64,000 bases of DNA from Gemmatimonadales bacterium. Lineage in GTDB: Bacteria > Gemmatimonadota > Gemmatimonadetes > Gemmatimonadales > GWC2-71-9. The translations under genes were made by a program, and so were the position numbers. This document shows positions 32,098 to 41,546 of the stretch, one piece after another. Position 1 is the stretch's first letter, and each line of letters opens with the position of its first letter. The DNA lies in NCBI GenBank assembly GCA_044229245.1, contig JBGATI010000002.1:261302-325301 (forward strand), read 5' to 3'. A model generated the notes under the pieces. That model ran no database searches. It was not told the origin of the DNA and saw nothing but the letters and a program-made list of their open reading frames with translations.

Positions 32098-34605
32098 ATG
32101 CGGCAACTCCTCTCTTCCCGCCTCCGCCGCCTGCTCCTCCTCGGGCTGCTGCCGCTGATCGCCGCCTGCGGTGAGCGCTTCCGCGACGCGGAGGAGGCGG
32201 AACGGGAGCTGCTCCCCGAGGGGCCGGACCTCGAGGCGCACGAGGGGGAGAGCCTCCACGGCCGGCTGGAGTACTTCTACCGCCGGCGCGCCTTTCCCTT
32301 CGACCGGATTCCCACCGGCGCGTTGCAGCGGGCCCAGGTGCAGGTGGCAGCCCGCTGGCCCGCGGCGATGCGGGGCCGGGCCTTCCTGGGCGCGGGGGCC
32401 TGGACCTCGCTCGGGCCGCGACCGATCTCGGCGGGGCCGAGCGCCGTGTCAGGCAGGATCACCGCGGTGGCGGTCGACCCCGTCAATCCCAGTGTGCTGT
32501 ACATCGGCGGCGCACAGGGCGGCATCTGGAAGAGCAGCGACGCCGGGGTGAGCTGGAGCCCGCGCACCGACGATCAGTGTTCGCTCGCGATCGGTTCGCT
32601 GGAGATCGATCCGGTGAATACCAGCATCCTCTACGCCGGCACCGGCGAGGCCAACCTCTCCGCCGACAGCTACTACGGCTGCGGCATCCTGCGGTCGATC
32701 GACGGCGGCATCACCTGGGCCCAGTTCGGGGCCGCGGTCTTCGACAGCCCGACCGGTGGGGCGTACATCCAGGCGATCGAGGTGGACCGGCTGCATGGCG
32801 GCACCGCGAGCCAGAGCATCGTCCTCGCGGCGACGAATGGCGGGATCTGGCGGTCGACCGACAGCGGCCAGAGCTGGGCCCGGGTTCAGACGGGGTATGC
32901 CACGGGCCTGGTGCAGGATCCGGCCACGCCCGCCACCTGGTATGCCGCCGTCACCTTCACCAACGCGGCGCGGGGCATCTACAAGTCGACCGACAACGGG
33001 GTGACCTGGGCTCCGGCGTCGATCGGGCTGCCGTCGAGCAACATCGGCCGCATCGCGCTGGCGATCGCGCCCTCGTCGCCGAACACCCTCTACGCCGCGA
33101 TCCAGGATGATTTCGACGGCACCGGCTCCGACGGTGCGCTGCTCGGCATCTTCAAGACGGTCGATGGCGCCCAGACCTGGACCCAGCTCACCGCCGCCAA
33201 CGCGAACTGCGCGACCCAGTGCTGGTACGACATCGTGCTCGCCGTGAATCCCCTCAACCCGCAGAATGTGATCTTCGGCGGGATCGCGCTCTTCGCCTCG
33301 ACCGACGGCGGGAACAACTTCTTCAGCGCGGGGAGCGGGATCCACGTCGATCAGCACGCCCTCGCCTTCGCGGATGCCACGACGCTCTATGCCGGCAACG
33401 ACGGCGGCGTCTATCGCGGGATCCTGCCGGGCTACATCTGGGAGTCGCTCAACAACGACCTCGCCCTGACCCAGTTCTATCCCGGACTCTCGCTCCAGCC
33501 CGGCGCCGCCACCGGCGTGCTCGGCGGCACCCAGGACAACGGCACCCTCGAATACACCGGATCGCCGAACTGGAACTTCGTGCTCGGCGGCGATGGCGGA
33601 TACACCGCCACCGACGGCTTCACCTCGGGTGTCGCCTATGGGGAAACGCAGTGGAGCGCGAACAGCGGCTTCAGCGGCCCCCGCCGCCGCGACGCGCTCG
33701 GCGGGCAGTTCTTCCTCAAGGCCACCGGCATCAACCTGGCGGAGGCGGCCAACTTCATCCCGCCGCTGGTGATGGATCCGCTCGATCCGCAGGTGCTCTA
33801 CTTCGGCGCGAGTTCGCTCTATCGCACCGCCGACCGGGGCGAGCACTGGGACGCGATCAGTCTCCCCGCCGCCAACGGCGGCCAGGTCGATGCGATCGGC
33901 ACCGGCTCCGACGGGCTCACCCTCTATCTCGCCTCCTCGGGCTCCGGGCAGATCGACCTCGAAGTCACCTCGAACCTCGGCGCCACCTGGCAGCCGGCGA
34001 CCAGCGGACTCCCCAACCGCATCATCACCGACATCCAGGTCGACCAGAGCGATCCACAGACCGCCTATCTGGTGACCAGCGGCTTCAACGCCGGGCACGT
34101 CTTCAAGACCAGCAATGGCGGCGCGAGCTGGCAGAACATCAGCGGGTCGCTGCCCGACGTGCCGGCCAACTGCATCCTCTGGATCCCCTCCCGGGGCGAG
34201 CTCTACGTCGGCACCGACCTCGGCGTCTTCAGCTCGAGCGATCAGGGGGTGAACTGGACGCCGTTCGTCACCGGGCTCCCCAACGTCGCCGTCTTCGATC
34301 TGGTCTACAACCTCGCGAACAACACCATCGTCGCCGGCACCCACGGCCGCGGCGCCTTCGCCTACACCCTCCCTGTGACCGGCGTGCTGCGCGGCGACGT
34401 CTCGCTCGATGCCCAGGTGACCGCGGTGGATGCGCAGGCGATTCTCTCCGCCGCCGTCAGTCTCCCGGTGCCGCCCGGCTACGTCGCCTCCCCCAACGGC
34501 GACGCGAGCTGCGACTCGAAGGTGACCGCCTTCGACGCGCAGCTCGTGCTGAGTTATGCGGTGGGGCTCCCGACCGCGCAGTTCTGCGTGGGGTTCACCC
34601 GCTAG
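32098..34605 (+). CDS. BNR/Sortilin-type beta-propeller repeat protein with C-terminal dockerin-like repeats
   Basis: Many S.D.G.SW / S.D.G.TW motifs. C-terminal GDVSLDAQVTAVDAQAILSAAV and GDASCDSKVTAFDAQLVLSYAVG resemble the dockerin duplicated calcium loop. Confidence 0.8.
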   Translation: MRQLLSSRLRRLLLLGLLPLIAACGERFRDAEEAERELLPEGPDLEAHEGESLHGRLEYFYRRRAFPFDRIPTGALQRAQVQVAARWPAAMRGRAFLGAGAWTSLGPRPISAGPSAVSGRITAVAVDPVNPSVLYIGGAQGGIWKSSDAGVSWSPRTDDQCSLAIGSLEIDPVNTSILYAGTGEANLSADSYYGCGILRSIDGGITWAQFGAAVFDSPTGGAYIQAIEVDRLHGGTASQSIVLAATNGGIWRSTDSGQSWARVQTGYATGLVQDPATPATWYAAVTFTNAARGIYKSTDNGVTWAPASIGLPSSNIGRIALAIAPSSPNTLYAAIQDDFDGTGSDGALLGIFKTVDGAQTWTQLTAANANCATQCWYDIVLAVNPLNPQNVIFGGIALFASTDGGNNFFSAGSGIHVDQHALAFADATTLYAGNDGGVYRGILPGYIWESLNNDLALTQFYPGLSLQPGAATGVLGGTQDNGTLEYTGSPNWNFVLGGDGGYTATDGFTSGVAYGETQWSANSGFSGPRRRDALGGQFFLKATGINLAEAANFIPPLVMDPLDPQVLYFGASSLYRTADRGEHWDAISLPAANGGQVDAIGTGSDGLTLYLASSGSGQIDLEVTSNLGATWQPATSGLPNRIITDIQVDQSDPQTAYLVTSGFNAGHVFKTSNGGASWQNISGSLPDVPANCILWIPSRGELYVGTDLGVFSSSDQGVNWTPFVTGLPNVAVFDLVYNLANNTIVAGTHGRGAFAYTLPVTGVLRGDVSLDAQVTAVDAQAILSAAVSLPVPPGYVASPNGDASCDSKVTAFDAQLVLSYAVGLPTAQFCVGFTR

Positions 34606-34705
34606 CCCGCCGCCCCACCCAGCCCGGCTGCGACGACCGCTCGGCGCCGGGCATCTCGTAAGGCATCGCCTGTCACCGTCGGCTCTCCCCGCGAGGATCC
34701 GTCCC

Positions 34706-35542
34706 ATGCACGCGCTGCCTCACGAGTCGCCCGCTCCGCTCGGCAATACCCGCTCCTTCCTCATCGCCTTCCTCGGGCTCACCGGCATCATGTTCGCCGA
34801 CCAGCTCCGGCAACGACTGCCGGTGCTGGTGGGCCGCCTCGATCTCGCGCATGCGGCGACGATCCTGCTGCTCACCCTGCCGTTCATCGTCGCGGTCACC
34901 CTGCCGGGTGCCGTGCTGGTCTCGGCGGCGTACAGCTTCAGTCGGCCGGGCGTGCGCCCGCTCCGGCACACACTCCTCGCGGCCTTCGGCCTCAGCGTCA
35001 TGGCCTATCTGCTGGTGGATCAGCTGGTGCCGCGAACCAATGCCACCCTGAGGGAGCGCTACATCGCGCTGCAGGCGCCGCGGGGGACGCCGCCCGTGAC
35101 CGGGATCAAGGGCGACCGGGAGATGACGATCGCGGAGATGCGGGCCGTGGTGCGGGAAGCTGAAGTGGGGATGTTCAAGGCCGGCGAGAGCGCCGATCTC
35201 GAGATGATGGATGCGGCGGCCGCCAGGATAGCCCAGTACCGGGTGGAGATCGAGAAGAAGCGCGCGACGGCGGCGGCCTGTCTCGTCTTTGCGCTTACCG
35301 GCGCGGGACTCGGCCTGCGCCTCGCGGGGCGGCGCTGGTGGATTCCGGTCGGCGCGGGCGCCGGGCTCGTCGCGTTCAACTACGCCGCCATCGTCGTCGG
35401 CGAAGAGCTGGGGAATGCGCGGACACTCTCGCCCGTGCTGGCGATGTGGGGTGGGAATCTCCTCCTCGGTGCGCTCGGCGTCGCGCTCCTCTGGCAGGCG
35501 AGGCGCGCGCCCCGGCCGGCACCCCTTCCGACGGGCAGCTAG
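34706..35542 (+). CDS. LptF/LptG (YjgP/YjgQ) family permease-like membrane protein
   Basis: The TM layout and LLLTLPFIVAVTLPGAVLVSAAYSF resemble the family. It is shorter than usual, so the assignment is tentative. Confidence 0.55.
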   Translation: MHALPHESPAPLGNTRSFLIAFLGLTGIMFADQLRQRLPVLVGRLDLAHAATILLLTLPFIVAVTLPGAVLVSAAYSFSRPGVRPLRHTLLAAFGLSVMAYLLVDQLVPRTNATLRERYIALQAPRGTPPVTGIKGDREMTIAEMRAVVREAEVGMFKAGESADLEMMDAAAARIAQYRVEIEKKRATAAACLVFALTGAGLGLRLAGRRWWIPVGAGAGLVAFNYAAIVVGEELGNARTLSPVLAMWGGNLLLGALGVALLWQARRAPRPAPLPTGS

Positions 35543-36249
35543 AGCGACGCCAGCGCGGCGAGGGCGCCGGCGGCATTCGGTGCCTCGGAGACCGCCGCCG
35601 GTTCCCATCCCAGTGAGCGCGCAGTCGCCGCGGTGGCACGGCCGAGACAGACCAGGGCCGGGCGCCGCCGTCCGGCGGTGACTTCCGCCGCGCGGGTCAG
35701 CACCAGGTGGCTCCCGATCAGCACCGCATCCGACTGCCGCAGCACGCTCATCGTCTGCTCCGGCGAGGCGAGCGTGGTGCGGTACACCACGATCTGGTCC
35801 ACCTGGATCCCGGCGGCGCGGAGCCGGGCAGGGAATTCCGGCCGCGCGTCGGCGCCGCAGGGATAGAGCAGCGGGCCCCGCGCTCCCGATGATATGACCG
35901 CGTCCGCCAGGCCGTCCCCGCCGATCGAGACCGGAGGCGCCTCCACCCTCGCAAAGGCGGCGAGGGGCGCCCCGGTCGTCGGCCCGATCGCCCAGACCCG
36001 CATCGTCTCCGGCAGATGCATCTGCCCCGCCGCCTCGAGTCGCCGGGCCAGTGCGAGCGAGCCCCGCGGCGAGGTGAGCCCGAGCAGCGGGTACTGCTCG
36101 ATCCGCGCGATGGCGCGGTCGAGCTCCGCCCAGCTCTCCGGCGACTTGAAGTGGAGCAGCGGCGACTCAACCGGCTCGTGCCCCAGCTTCTGGATGCCGG
36201 GGATGAGTCCAGGGAGCGAACCGGGGGAGAGGGTGATGGTGACGATCAT
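35539..36249 (-). CDS. hemD: uroporphyrinogen-III synthase
   Basis: HemD-like two-lobe pattern (LLGLTSPRG, VWAIGPTTG, VLIGSH). Overlaps the hemA stop. Confidence 0.7.
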   Translation of the reverse strand: MIVTITLSPGSLPGLIPGIQKLGHEPVESPLLHFKSPESWAELDRAIARIEQYPLLGLTSPRGSLALARRLEAAGQMHLPETMRVWAIGPTTGAPLAAFARVEAPPVSIGGDGLADAVISSGARGPLLYPCGADARPEFPARLRAAGIQVDQIVVYRTTLASPEQTMSVLRQSDAVLIGSHLVLTRAAEVTAGRRRPALVCLGRATAATARSLGWEPAAVSEAPNAAGALAALASL

Positions 36250-37280
36250 GCCGCACCCGCGAAGTGCCGGGCGCGGGCGCCGAGCCAGGTGCGAAAGGCC
36301 CGTGCCTCGACCTCTACGATTTCATCCGCGGCTTCTCTCACGAGGACATTGGTCGCCGCGTACCCCGCGAGATCCTGCAGGCCGAGCAGCGTCACGCCGT
36401 CGAGCATCGCCACGCCATCGTCGGCGTTGCGGGGGAAGCCGAGATCGAGCAGCAGCAGCGGATGCGCCACGCGGCCGGCAGCCACGCGTGACTCGTGGAG
36501 CGCCGCGCTGGTGAGAATCGGTTCGCGGGCGCCGGTGGCGAGGATCGCGGCATCGGCGCGGGCGACGAGGTCGTGACGCGCCTCGAATGGCGCCACTGTA
36601 GCACCAACCTCACGGGCAAAGCTCTCGGCCCGCTCCCCGTCCCGATTGCCGATCGTCAGCCTGGCGCCGAGTGCCACCAATGCCCGTGCCGCCGCCTCGG
36701 CCGCCTTCCCGGCGCCGAGCAGCAGCACTTCGGCGCCGTTCAGCTCCGGGAGCTGTGCCGCCACGACCTCCGCCGCGGCCGTACCGACGGAGGCGCGCCG
36801 CCGGCCGAACTCGGTGTCGTGGTGCACTCGCTTCCCGGCGCGGAGCGCCGTCTGGAAGATCCGGTGCAGCTCCGCGCCGACTCCGCCTGACTCGGCGGCC
36901 TGCGCATAGGCCGCGCGCACCTGGCCGAGCGCCTGCACGTCTCCTTCGATCCGGGATGCGAGCCCCGCCGCCACCCGGAGCAGGTGACGCACGGCGGCGT
37001 CGCCCCGGTGGCACGTCGCAAGGGCGAGGAACCGGTCGGCGAGCCCGGGCGCGTGGCGACGGCCGATCGCGAGCACGCCGGCGACGACACTCCGCGGCTC
37101 CGCCTGCTCGCTCCACACGATCAGCTCCACCCGATTGCAGGTCACCAGGAACGCGACCTGACAGCCGGTCGCGCGGCGCGCGATGCGGCCGAGCCGCGCC
37201 TCTGCCTCGGGCGGGAGCGCGAAGGGCTCGCGCTCCGCCACGCTCGAGTGGGCGTGATCGAGGGAGAAGATCGTCAGCAC
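36246..37280 (-). CDS. hemA: glutamyl-tRNA reductase
   Basis: FLVTCNRVEL active-site Cys motif and LLGAGKAAEAAARAL NADPH-binding motif. Confidence 0.85.
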   Translation of the reverse strand: MLTIFSLDHAHSSVAEREPFALPPEAEARLGRIARRATGCQVAFLVTCNRVELIVWSEQAEPRSVVAGVLAIGRRHAPGLADRFLALATCHRGDAAVRHLLRVAAGLASRIEGDVQALGQVRAAYAQAAESGGVGAELHRIFQTALRAGKRVHHDTEFGRRRASVGTAAAEVVAAQLPELNGAEVLLLGAGKAAEAAARALVALGARLTIGNRDGERAESFAREVGATVAPFEARHDLVARADAAILATGAREPILTSAALHESRVAAGRVAHPLLLLDLGFPRNADDGVAMLDGVTLLGLQDLAGYAATNVLVREAADEIVEVEARAFRTWLGARARHFAGAA

Positions 37281-38764
37281 GGTACCCCGGTACCCACGGC
37301 GCGTGCCGCCACGTTGCCGACGACGATGATCACCGGCGCTACCAGCCCGTCGCGGTCGGCGGCATCGGCGATCGTTGCGAGCGTCGCCGCCGTCACCCGC
37401 TGCTTCGAAGTGGTGCCGCTCTGCACGCAGGCGGCCGGCGTATCGGGGTCACGGCCCGCGGCGATCATCTCGTCGGCCAGCTCGCGCAGCACCGAGCGCC
37501 CCATGAGCAGCACCAGGGTCTCGATGTCGGCGTTGGCGGCGAGGGCCCGCACCGCCTCGGGGCGTTCGCCGCCCTCGCCGTGCGCGGTGATCACCGCGAA
37601 GGAGCGCGACTCGCCTCGCGCCGTCACCGGAATCCCCGCCGCTGCCGGTACGGCGATGGCGCTGGTGATGCCGGGGACGACGGTGCAGGGGATCCCGTAC
37701 AGGGCGCAGGCATCCATCTCCTCGGAGCCGCGCCCGAAGACGAAGGGATCGCCCCCCTTGAGGCGGACGACGCTCCGCCCCGCCAGCGCATGCTCGACGA
37801 GGAGGGCGTTGATCCGCTCCTGGCTGGTGCCTTCTCCGCCGGGCAGCTTGCCGACGTCGATGACCAGCGCGTCGCGGCGAACTTCGCTGAGCAGTTCCGG
37901 GGCGGAGAGCCGGTCGTGCAACACCACGTCGGCGCCGCGGAGCAGCGACAGGCCGCGCACCGTGATCAGTCCCGGATCGCCCGGGCCGGCGCCGACCAGT
38001 GCGACCGATCCCGGCTCGATCGTCGCCGGCGTTCCCGCAGCGGGAAGCTCCCGCCGCGCGATCTCGAGGAGCAGGTCGCCGAGTACCGGGTACGCGCCCA
38101 CCGGCTCGTCCAGCACGATGCGGCGCTCGGCGTCGCCACCGATTCGGCGCGGGAGATCCTCGAGCGCGTGCCCGCCGCCGCCGATGAGGAAGGGCACGAC
38201 GATGACCCACCGATGTCTCAGCGAGGCGAGCGCCTCCTCGATCCCCGGTTCGTCGTCGAGGAATCCGGAGGCCACCTCGGAGGCGGCGCCGCGCGCGAGC
38301 AGCGCCTGCGCCAGCTGCTGCGTGGCCAGCCTGCTGTTCGGGTTGCGGGGGGTGCCGTGCCCGACGAGCAGCACGCTCGTCGTGTCGAGGTCGAGGTGCT
38401 CCCGCCTCGCTACTGCGGCAATCCGCTCGGCCACGAGCCGCTCGATGCCCGGGTGGACACCGAGCGGCGCCGCCTGATGGAGCCGCACCGCATGGAAGCG
38501 CGCGCTCCGCGCGAGCGCGGCCGGGAGCACCTGCTCGGTGTAATACCCCGCGCTGGTGAAGAGCGGCAGCACCAGTACCAGATCGGCGGTGAGCTGGTCG
38601 AGCGCGGCGGTGAAGCCCGGCTCGCCCTGGTGGAAGCCGGCGACGACTTCGTCCGCGGCACCGCGCGCGAGCAGCTCCCGGGCGAGTGCGCGCACCCGGT
38701 CGTTCGCCGCGGAGTCGCGGCGGGCGCCGTGGGCCGCGAGGAGAATCGCCGTCCGCGCGCTCAC
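37274..38764 (-). CDS. fusion of two CbiX/SirB-type chelatase domains with uroporphyrinogen-III C-methyltransferase
   Basis: N-terminal ILLAAHGAR... and LLVGHGTPRN are CbiX-like. C-terminal VALVGAGPGDPGLITVRGL...VVRLKGGDPFVFGRG is SUMT. Confidence 0.85.
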   Translation of the reverse strand: MSARTAILLAAHGARRDSAANDRVRALARELLARGAADEVVAGFHQGEPGFTAALDQLTADLVLVLPLFTSAGYYTEQVLPAALARSARFHAVRLHQAAPLGVHPGIERLVAERIAAVARREHLDLDTTSVLLVGHGTPRNPNSRLATQQLAQALLARGAASEVASGFLDDEPGIEEALASLRHRWVIVVPFLIGGGGHALEDLPRRIGGDAERRIVLDEPVGAYPVLGDLLLEIARRELPAAGTPATIEPGSVALVGAGPGDPGLITVRGLSLLRGADVVLHDRLSAPELLSEVRRDALVIDVGKLPGGEGTSQERINALLVEHALAGRSVVRLKGGDPFVFGRGSEEMDACALYGIPCTVVPGITSAIAVPAAAGIPVTARGESRSFAVITAHGEGGERPEAVRALAANADIETLVLLMGRSVLRELADEMIAAGRDPDTPAACVQSGTTSKQRVTAATLATIADAADRDGLVAPVIIVVGNVAARAVGTGVPC

Positions 38765-40494
38765 GTGAGACTGCCGATCTGCACCAGCGCCGAGGTGGGG
38801 CTCTCCCTGCCGGTGATCGACTGGCGCGGCGTGTCGCGCGGCAGGAGCCGCTGGTAGAAGTCGCCCAGTCCCTCGTCAGGCAGCCCTTCCGCGGCCCAGC
38901 GGATGAGCAGGGGCCGGAGGGCGTTGAGCAGCTCCCCCTCCTTCACCTGCGCCATGTAGAGATCGGCCACCCGGTTCCCAGCGAGGCTCCCGCCGACGTA
39001 GATCTGGTACAGTCCGAGCGAGCGCCCCACGAAGGCGATGTCGGCGGTGTAGGGCCGGGCGCAGCCGTTGGGGCAGCCGGTCATGCGGATCGTGATCGGC
39101 GTGTCGCGCCGGCCGAGTGCTTCGAGTTCCTCCTCGAACTGATCGAGCAGCGCCGGCAGCGCCCGCTCCGACTCCGCGACCGCGAGGCCGCAGGTGGGGA
39201 GGGCGGGGCAGGCCATCGAGTAGCGCCGGGCGGCGGGCAGCTCCTGCGCGGGGGTCACCCCCGCCTCACGCAGCGCCGTTTCGATCGCCCGCACCTGCGC
39301 TTCGGTGAGCCCGGTGAAGAGCAGGTTCTGCTGGCCGGTGAGCGCGAGTCCGGGGCGGAAGCGCTCGATCACCGTGCGGAGCGCAGTGCGGAGCGGCTGC
39401 CGCTCGGTGTCCGCGATCCGGCCGCTCTGGATGAAGACGCCGTAGAACCAGCTTCCATCCGTGGTGCGATGGGCACCGAGGTGGTCGTGGAAGGCGGGCG
39501 TGGGGAGCTCGACCGCGGGGAGCAGCGGGAACTCCGCGCGGCGGCGGAACTCCTCGCGGAAGCGGTCGATGCCCCACTCGTTGATCAGGTACTTGAGCCG
39601 CGCGTGGCGCCGGTCGGCGCGATTGCCATGGTCGCGGAAGATCGCCGCGACGTGCCGGATTGCGGCGGCGCCATGCTCCTCGGCCACGAAGCCGAGCGGC
39701 TCGGCGAGCCGGGCGAGGGTGTCGCCCTTCCCGTGGGTCATGCCGAGCCCGCCGCCGACCAGCACGTTGAAGCCGCGGATCGTCTCGCCGTCGACGACGG
39801 CGAGGAGCCCCGCGTCCTGGGAGTAGATGTCGATGCAGTTGTCGGTCGATAGCGCGACGCCGGTCTTGAACTTCCGCGGCAGGTACTGCTTGCCGTAGAA
39901 GGGCTCCTCGACCTGGGTGTTCACCTGCTGCTCCTCGTCGAGCCAGATCTCGTAATAGGCGCGCGACTTCGGATTGAGCTCGTCGGCGATCCGCTCCGCC
40001 GCGCGGCGCACCGCCGCGTGGGCCGGGTGATCGAGGTCCACCGGGCAGCCCATCACGTTGCGGCGCACGTCGCCGCAGGCCGCGATCGTGGTCGCGAGCG
40101 AGGCGTTGATCGCCTGGATGGTCGGCTTGAGCTCGCCCTTGAGCACGCCGTGGAACTGGAACCCCTGGCGGGTGGTGATCCGCAGGGTGCCGTTGGCGTG
40201 CGCGCCGGCGATCGCGTCGAAGGCGAGGTACTGCTCTGCCGTCAGCAGCCCGGCCGGCAGCGCCACCCGCACCATGAACGACCAGGACTTCTCCTCCTCG
40301 CCGCGGGCCTTCCGCGCGTCGCGGTCGTCCTGCTGATAGGTGCCGTGGAACTTGAGGAGCTGCAGGTCGTCGTGCCCGAAGTGGGTCGCCTCCGACGCCA
40401 GCGTCTCGGCGATCGTGCCGCGGAGCTGGCGTCCGTCGCGCTTGGCGACCTCGACCTTCGATTCCTCTGTCTGCTGCTTGCTGGTCCGGTCCAT
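38761..40494 (-). CDS. cysI: sulfite reductase hemoprotein (siroheme/4Fe-4S)
   Basis: LLKFHGTYQQDDRD and TGCPNGCARP motifs. Start trimmed to ATG 40494 (MDRTSKQQ...). Confidence 0.9.
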   Translation of the reverse strand: MDRTSKQQTEESKVEVAKRDGRQLRGTIAETLASEATHFGHDDLQLLKFHGTYQQDDRDARKARGEEEKSWSFMVRVALPAGLLTAEQYLAFDAIAGAHANGTLRITTRQGFQFHGVLKGELKPTIQAINASLATTIAACGDVRRNVMGCPVDLDHPAHAAVRRAAERIADELNPKSRAYYEIWLDEEQQVNTQVEEPFYGKQYLPRKFKTGVALSTDNCIDIYSQDAGLLAVVDGETIRGFNVLVGGGLGMTHGKGDTLARLAEPLGFVAEEHGAAAIRHVAAIFRDHGNRADRRHARLKYLINEWGIDRFREEFRRRAEFPLLPAVELPTPAFHDHLGAHRTTDGSWFYGVFIQSGRIADTERQPLRTALRTVIERFRPGLALTGQQNLLFTGLTEAQVRAIETALREAGVTPAQELPAARRYSMACPALPTCGLAVAESERALPALLDQFEEELEALGRRDTPITIRMTGCPNGCARPYTADIAFVGRSLGLYQIYVGGSLAGNRVADLYMAQVKEGELLNALRPLLIRWAAEGLPDEGLGDFYQRLLPRDTPRQSITGRESPTSALVQIGSLT

Positions 40495-40513
40495 CCGGTC
40501 CCGTCCTCTCGAG

Positions 40514-41218
40514 TCAGATTCCGCTGCCGTTGCTGTGCAGGCCGCACTCGGTCTTTCCGGTGCTGTCCCAGCGGCCCAGCCTGGTGTATTCGGTGACGCT
40601 CCCGCCGGCCACGGCGCGGGTGCACTGCACGCAGCCGATGCTCGGGTAGCCCCGCTCGTGAAGCGGGTTGTATGGCACATCGTGCGACTGCACGTACTCC
40701 CACACCCGCTTCCGGTCCCAGTTGGCGAGCGGGCTGATCTTGAGCAGCTGGAACTGCCAGTCCCAGCCGATCAGTGGGGTCTCGGCGCGGGTCGCCGACT
40801 GCTTCCGGGTGATGCCGGTGATCCAGACCTCGACGCCGGCGAGGGCGGTGCGCATCGGGTCCACCTTGCGGATCTGGCAGCAGCGGTCGGCATCGCGGGC
40901 CCAGAGCTCCTCGCCATACAACTCGGCCTGGGCCGCGGGGGTGAGCGTGGTGCCGCGGTTCTCGAACCGGAGATGCGGGTAGCGCGCCGCCAGCCGGTCG
41001 CGGAGGGCGTAGGTCTCCGGGAAGAGGAACATCGTGTCGAGATAGACCACCGTGAGCGGGTGCCCATGCGACGCGTACATGTCGATCAGTGCGCAGCCTT
41101 CCATGCCGAACTGGGTCGTGATCACCATCGGCTGGTGCCCGAACCGTTCCAGCGTCCACCCGATGAACTCCCCGGTGTCCGTCGCCTCGGAGATCGCTGC
41201 GGTTGCCGTGTCGCTCAT
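40514..41218 (-). CDS. cysH: adenylylsulfate/PAPS reductase, Fe-S type
   Basis: CCQIRKVDP and SIGCVQCT cluster cysteines plus a C-terminal KTECGLH. Confidence 0.9.
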   Translation of the reverse strand: MSDTATAAISEATDTGEFIGWTLERFGHQPMVITTQFGMEGCALIDMYASHGHPLTVVYLDTMFLFPETYALRDRLAARYPHLRFENRGTTLTPAAQAELYGEELWARDADRCCQIRKVDPMRTALAGVEVWITGITRKQSATRAETPLIGWDWQFQLLKISPLANWDRKRVWEYVQSHDVPYNPLHERGYPSIGCVQCTRAVAGGSVTEYTRLGRWDSTGKTECGLHSNGSGI

Positions 41219-41268
41219 GCGTTCCGTTCCGTGGTGCCTGAGGGGGCCCGCTGCGCGGGCGGGATACG

Positions 41269-41305
41269 GAAAACGAAAAAGGCCCGCGGGAATCTCCCGC
41301 GGGCC
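41269..41305 (-). terminator. intrinsic terminator between the Cys/Met-rich sORF and cysH
   Basis: On the minus strand: GGCCCGCGGGA-GAT-TCCCGCGGGCC (a perfect 11-bp stem) followed by TTTTTCGTTTTCC. Confidence 0.7.
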
Positions 41306-41338
41306 GGACGACAGACTGCTCGACTGTCTATGCCGTAC

Positions 41339-41515
41339 TCAGGAGAATCCCCCGTCGTTGCCGATGCAATTACACATCGACATGCCCATACAGGCCGGCA
41401 TGCAGCAACAAACCCCCGCCTGATTGGCGGCGGCGGAATGCTGGCGGGAGAAGGTCAGAGACGGCATGAGGGCATGAATATGCATGCGAATGCGAGGTCC
41501 GTCAACGGGTTTCAT
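41339..41515 (-). CDS. Cys/Met-rich small ORF (58 aa), candidate leader peptide
   Basis: MKPVDGPRIRMHIHALMPSLTFSRQHSAAANQAGVCCCMPACMGMSMCNCIGNDGGFS. Many A/T-ending codons, which is atypical here. A GTG at 41524 is also possible. Confidence 0.4.
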   Translation of the reverse strand: MKPVDGPRIRMHIHALMPSLTFSRQHSAAANQAGVCCCMPACMGMSMCNCIGNDGGFS

Positions 41516-41546
41516 TTTTGTCACCGGCGTCGGTACTCGGAACTTC

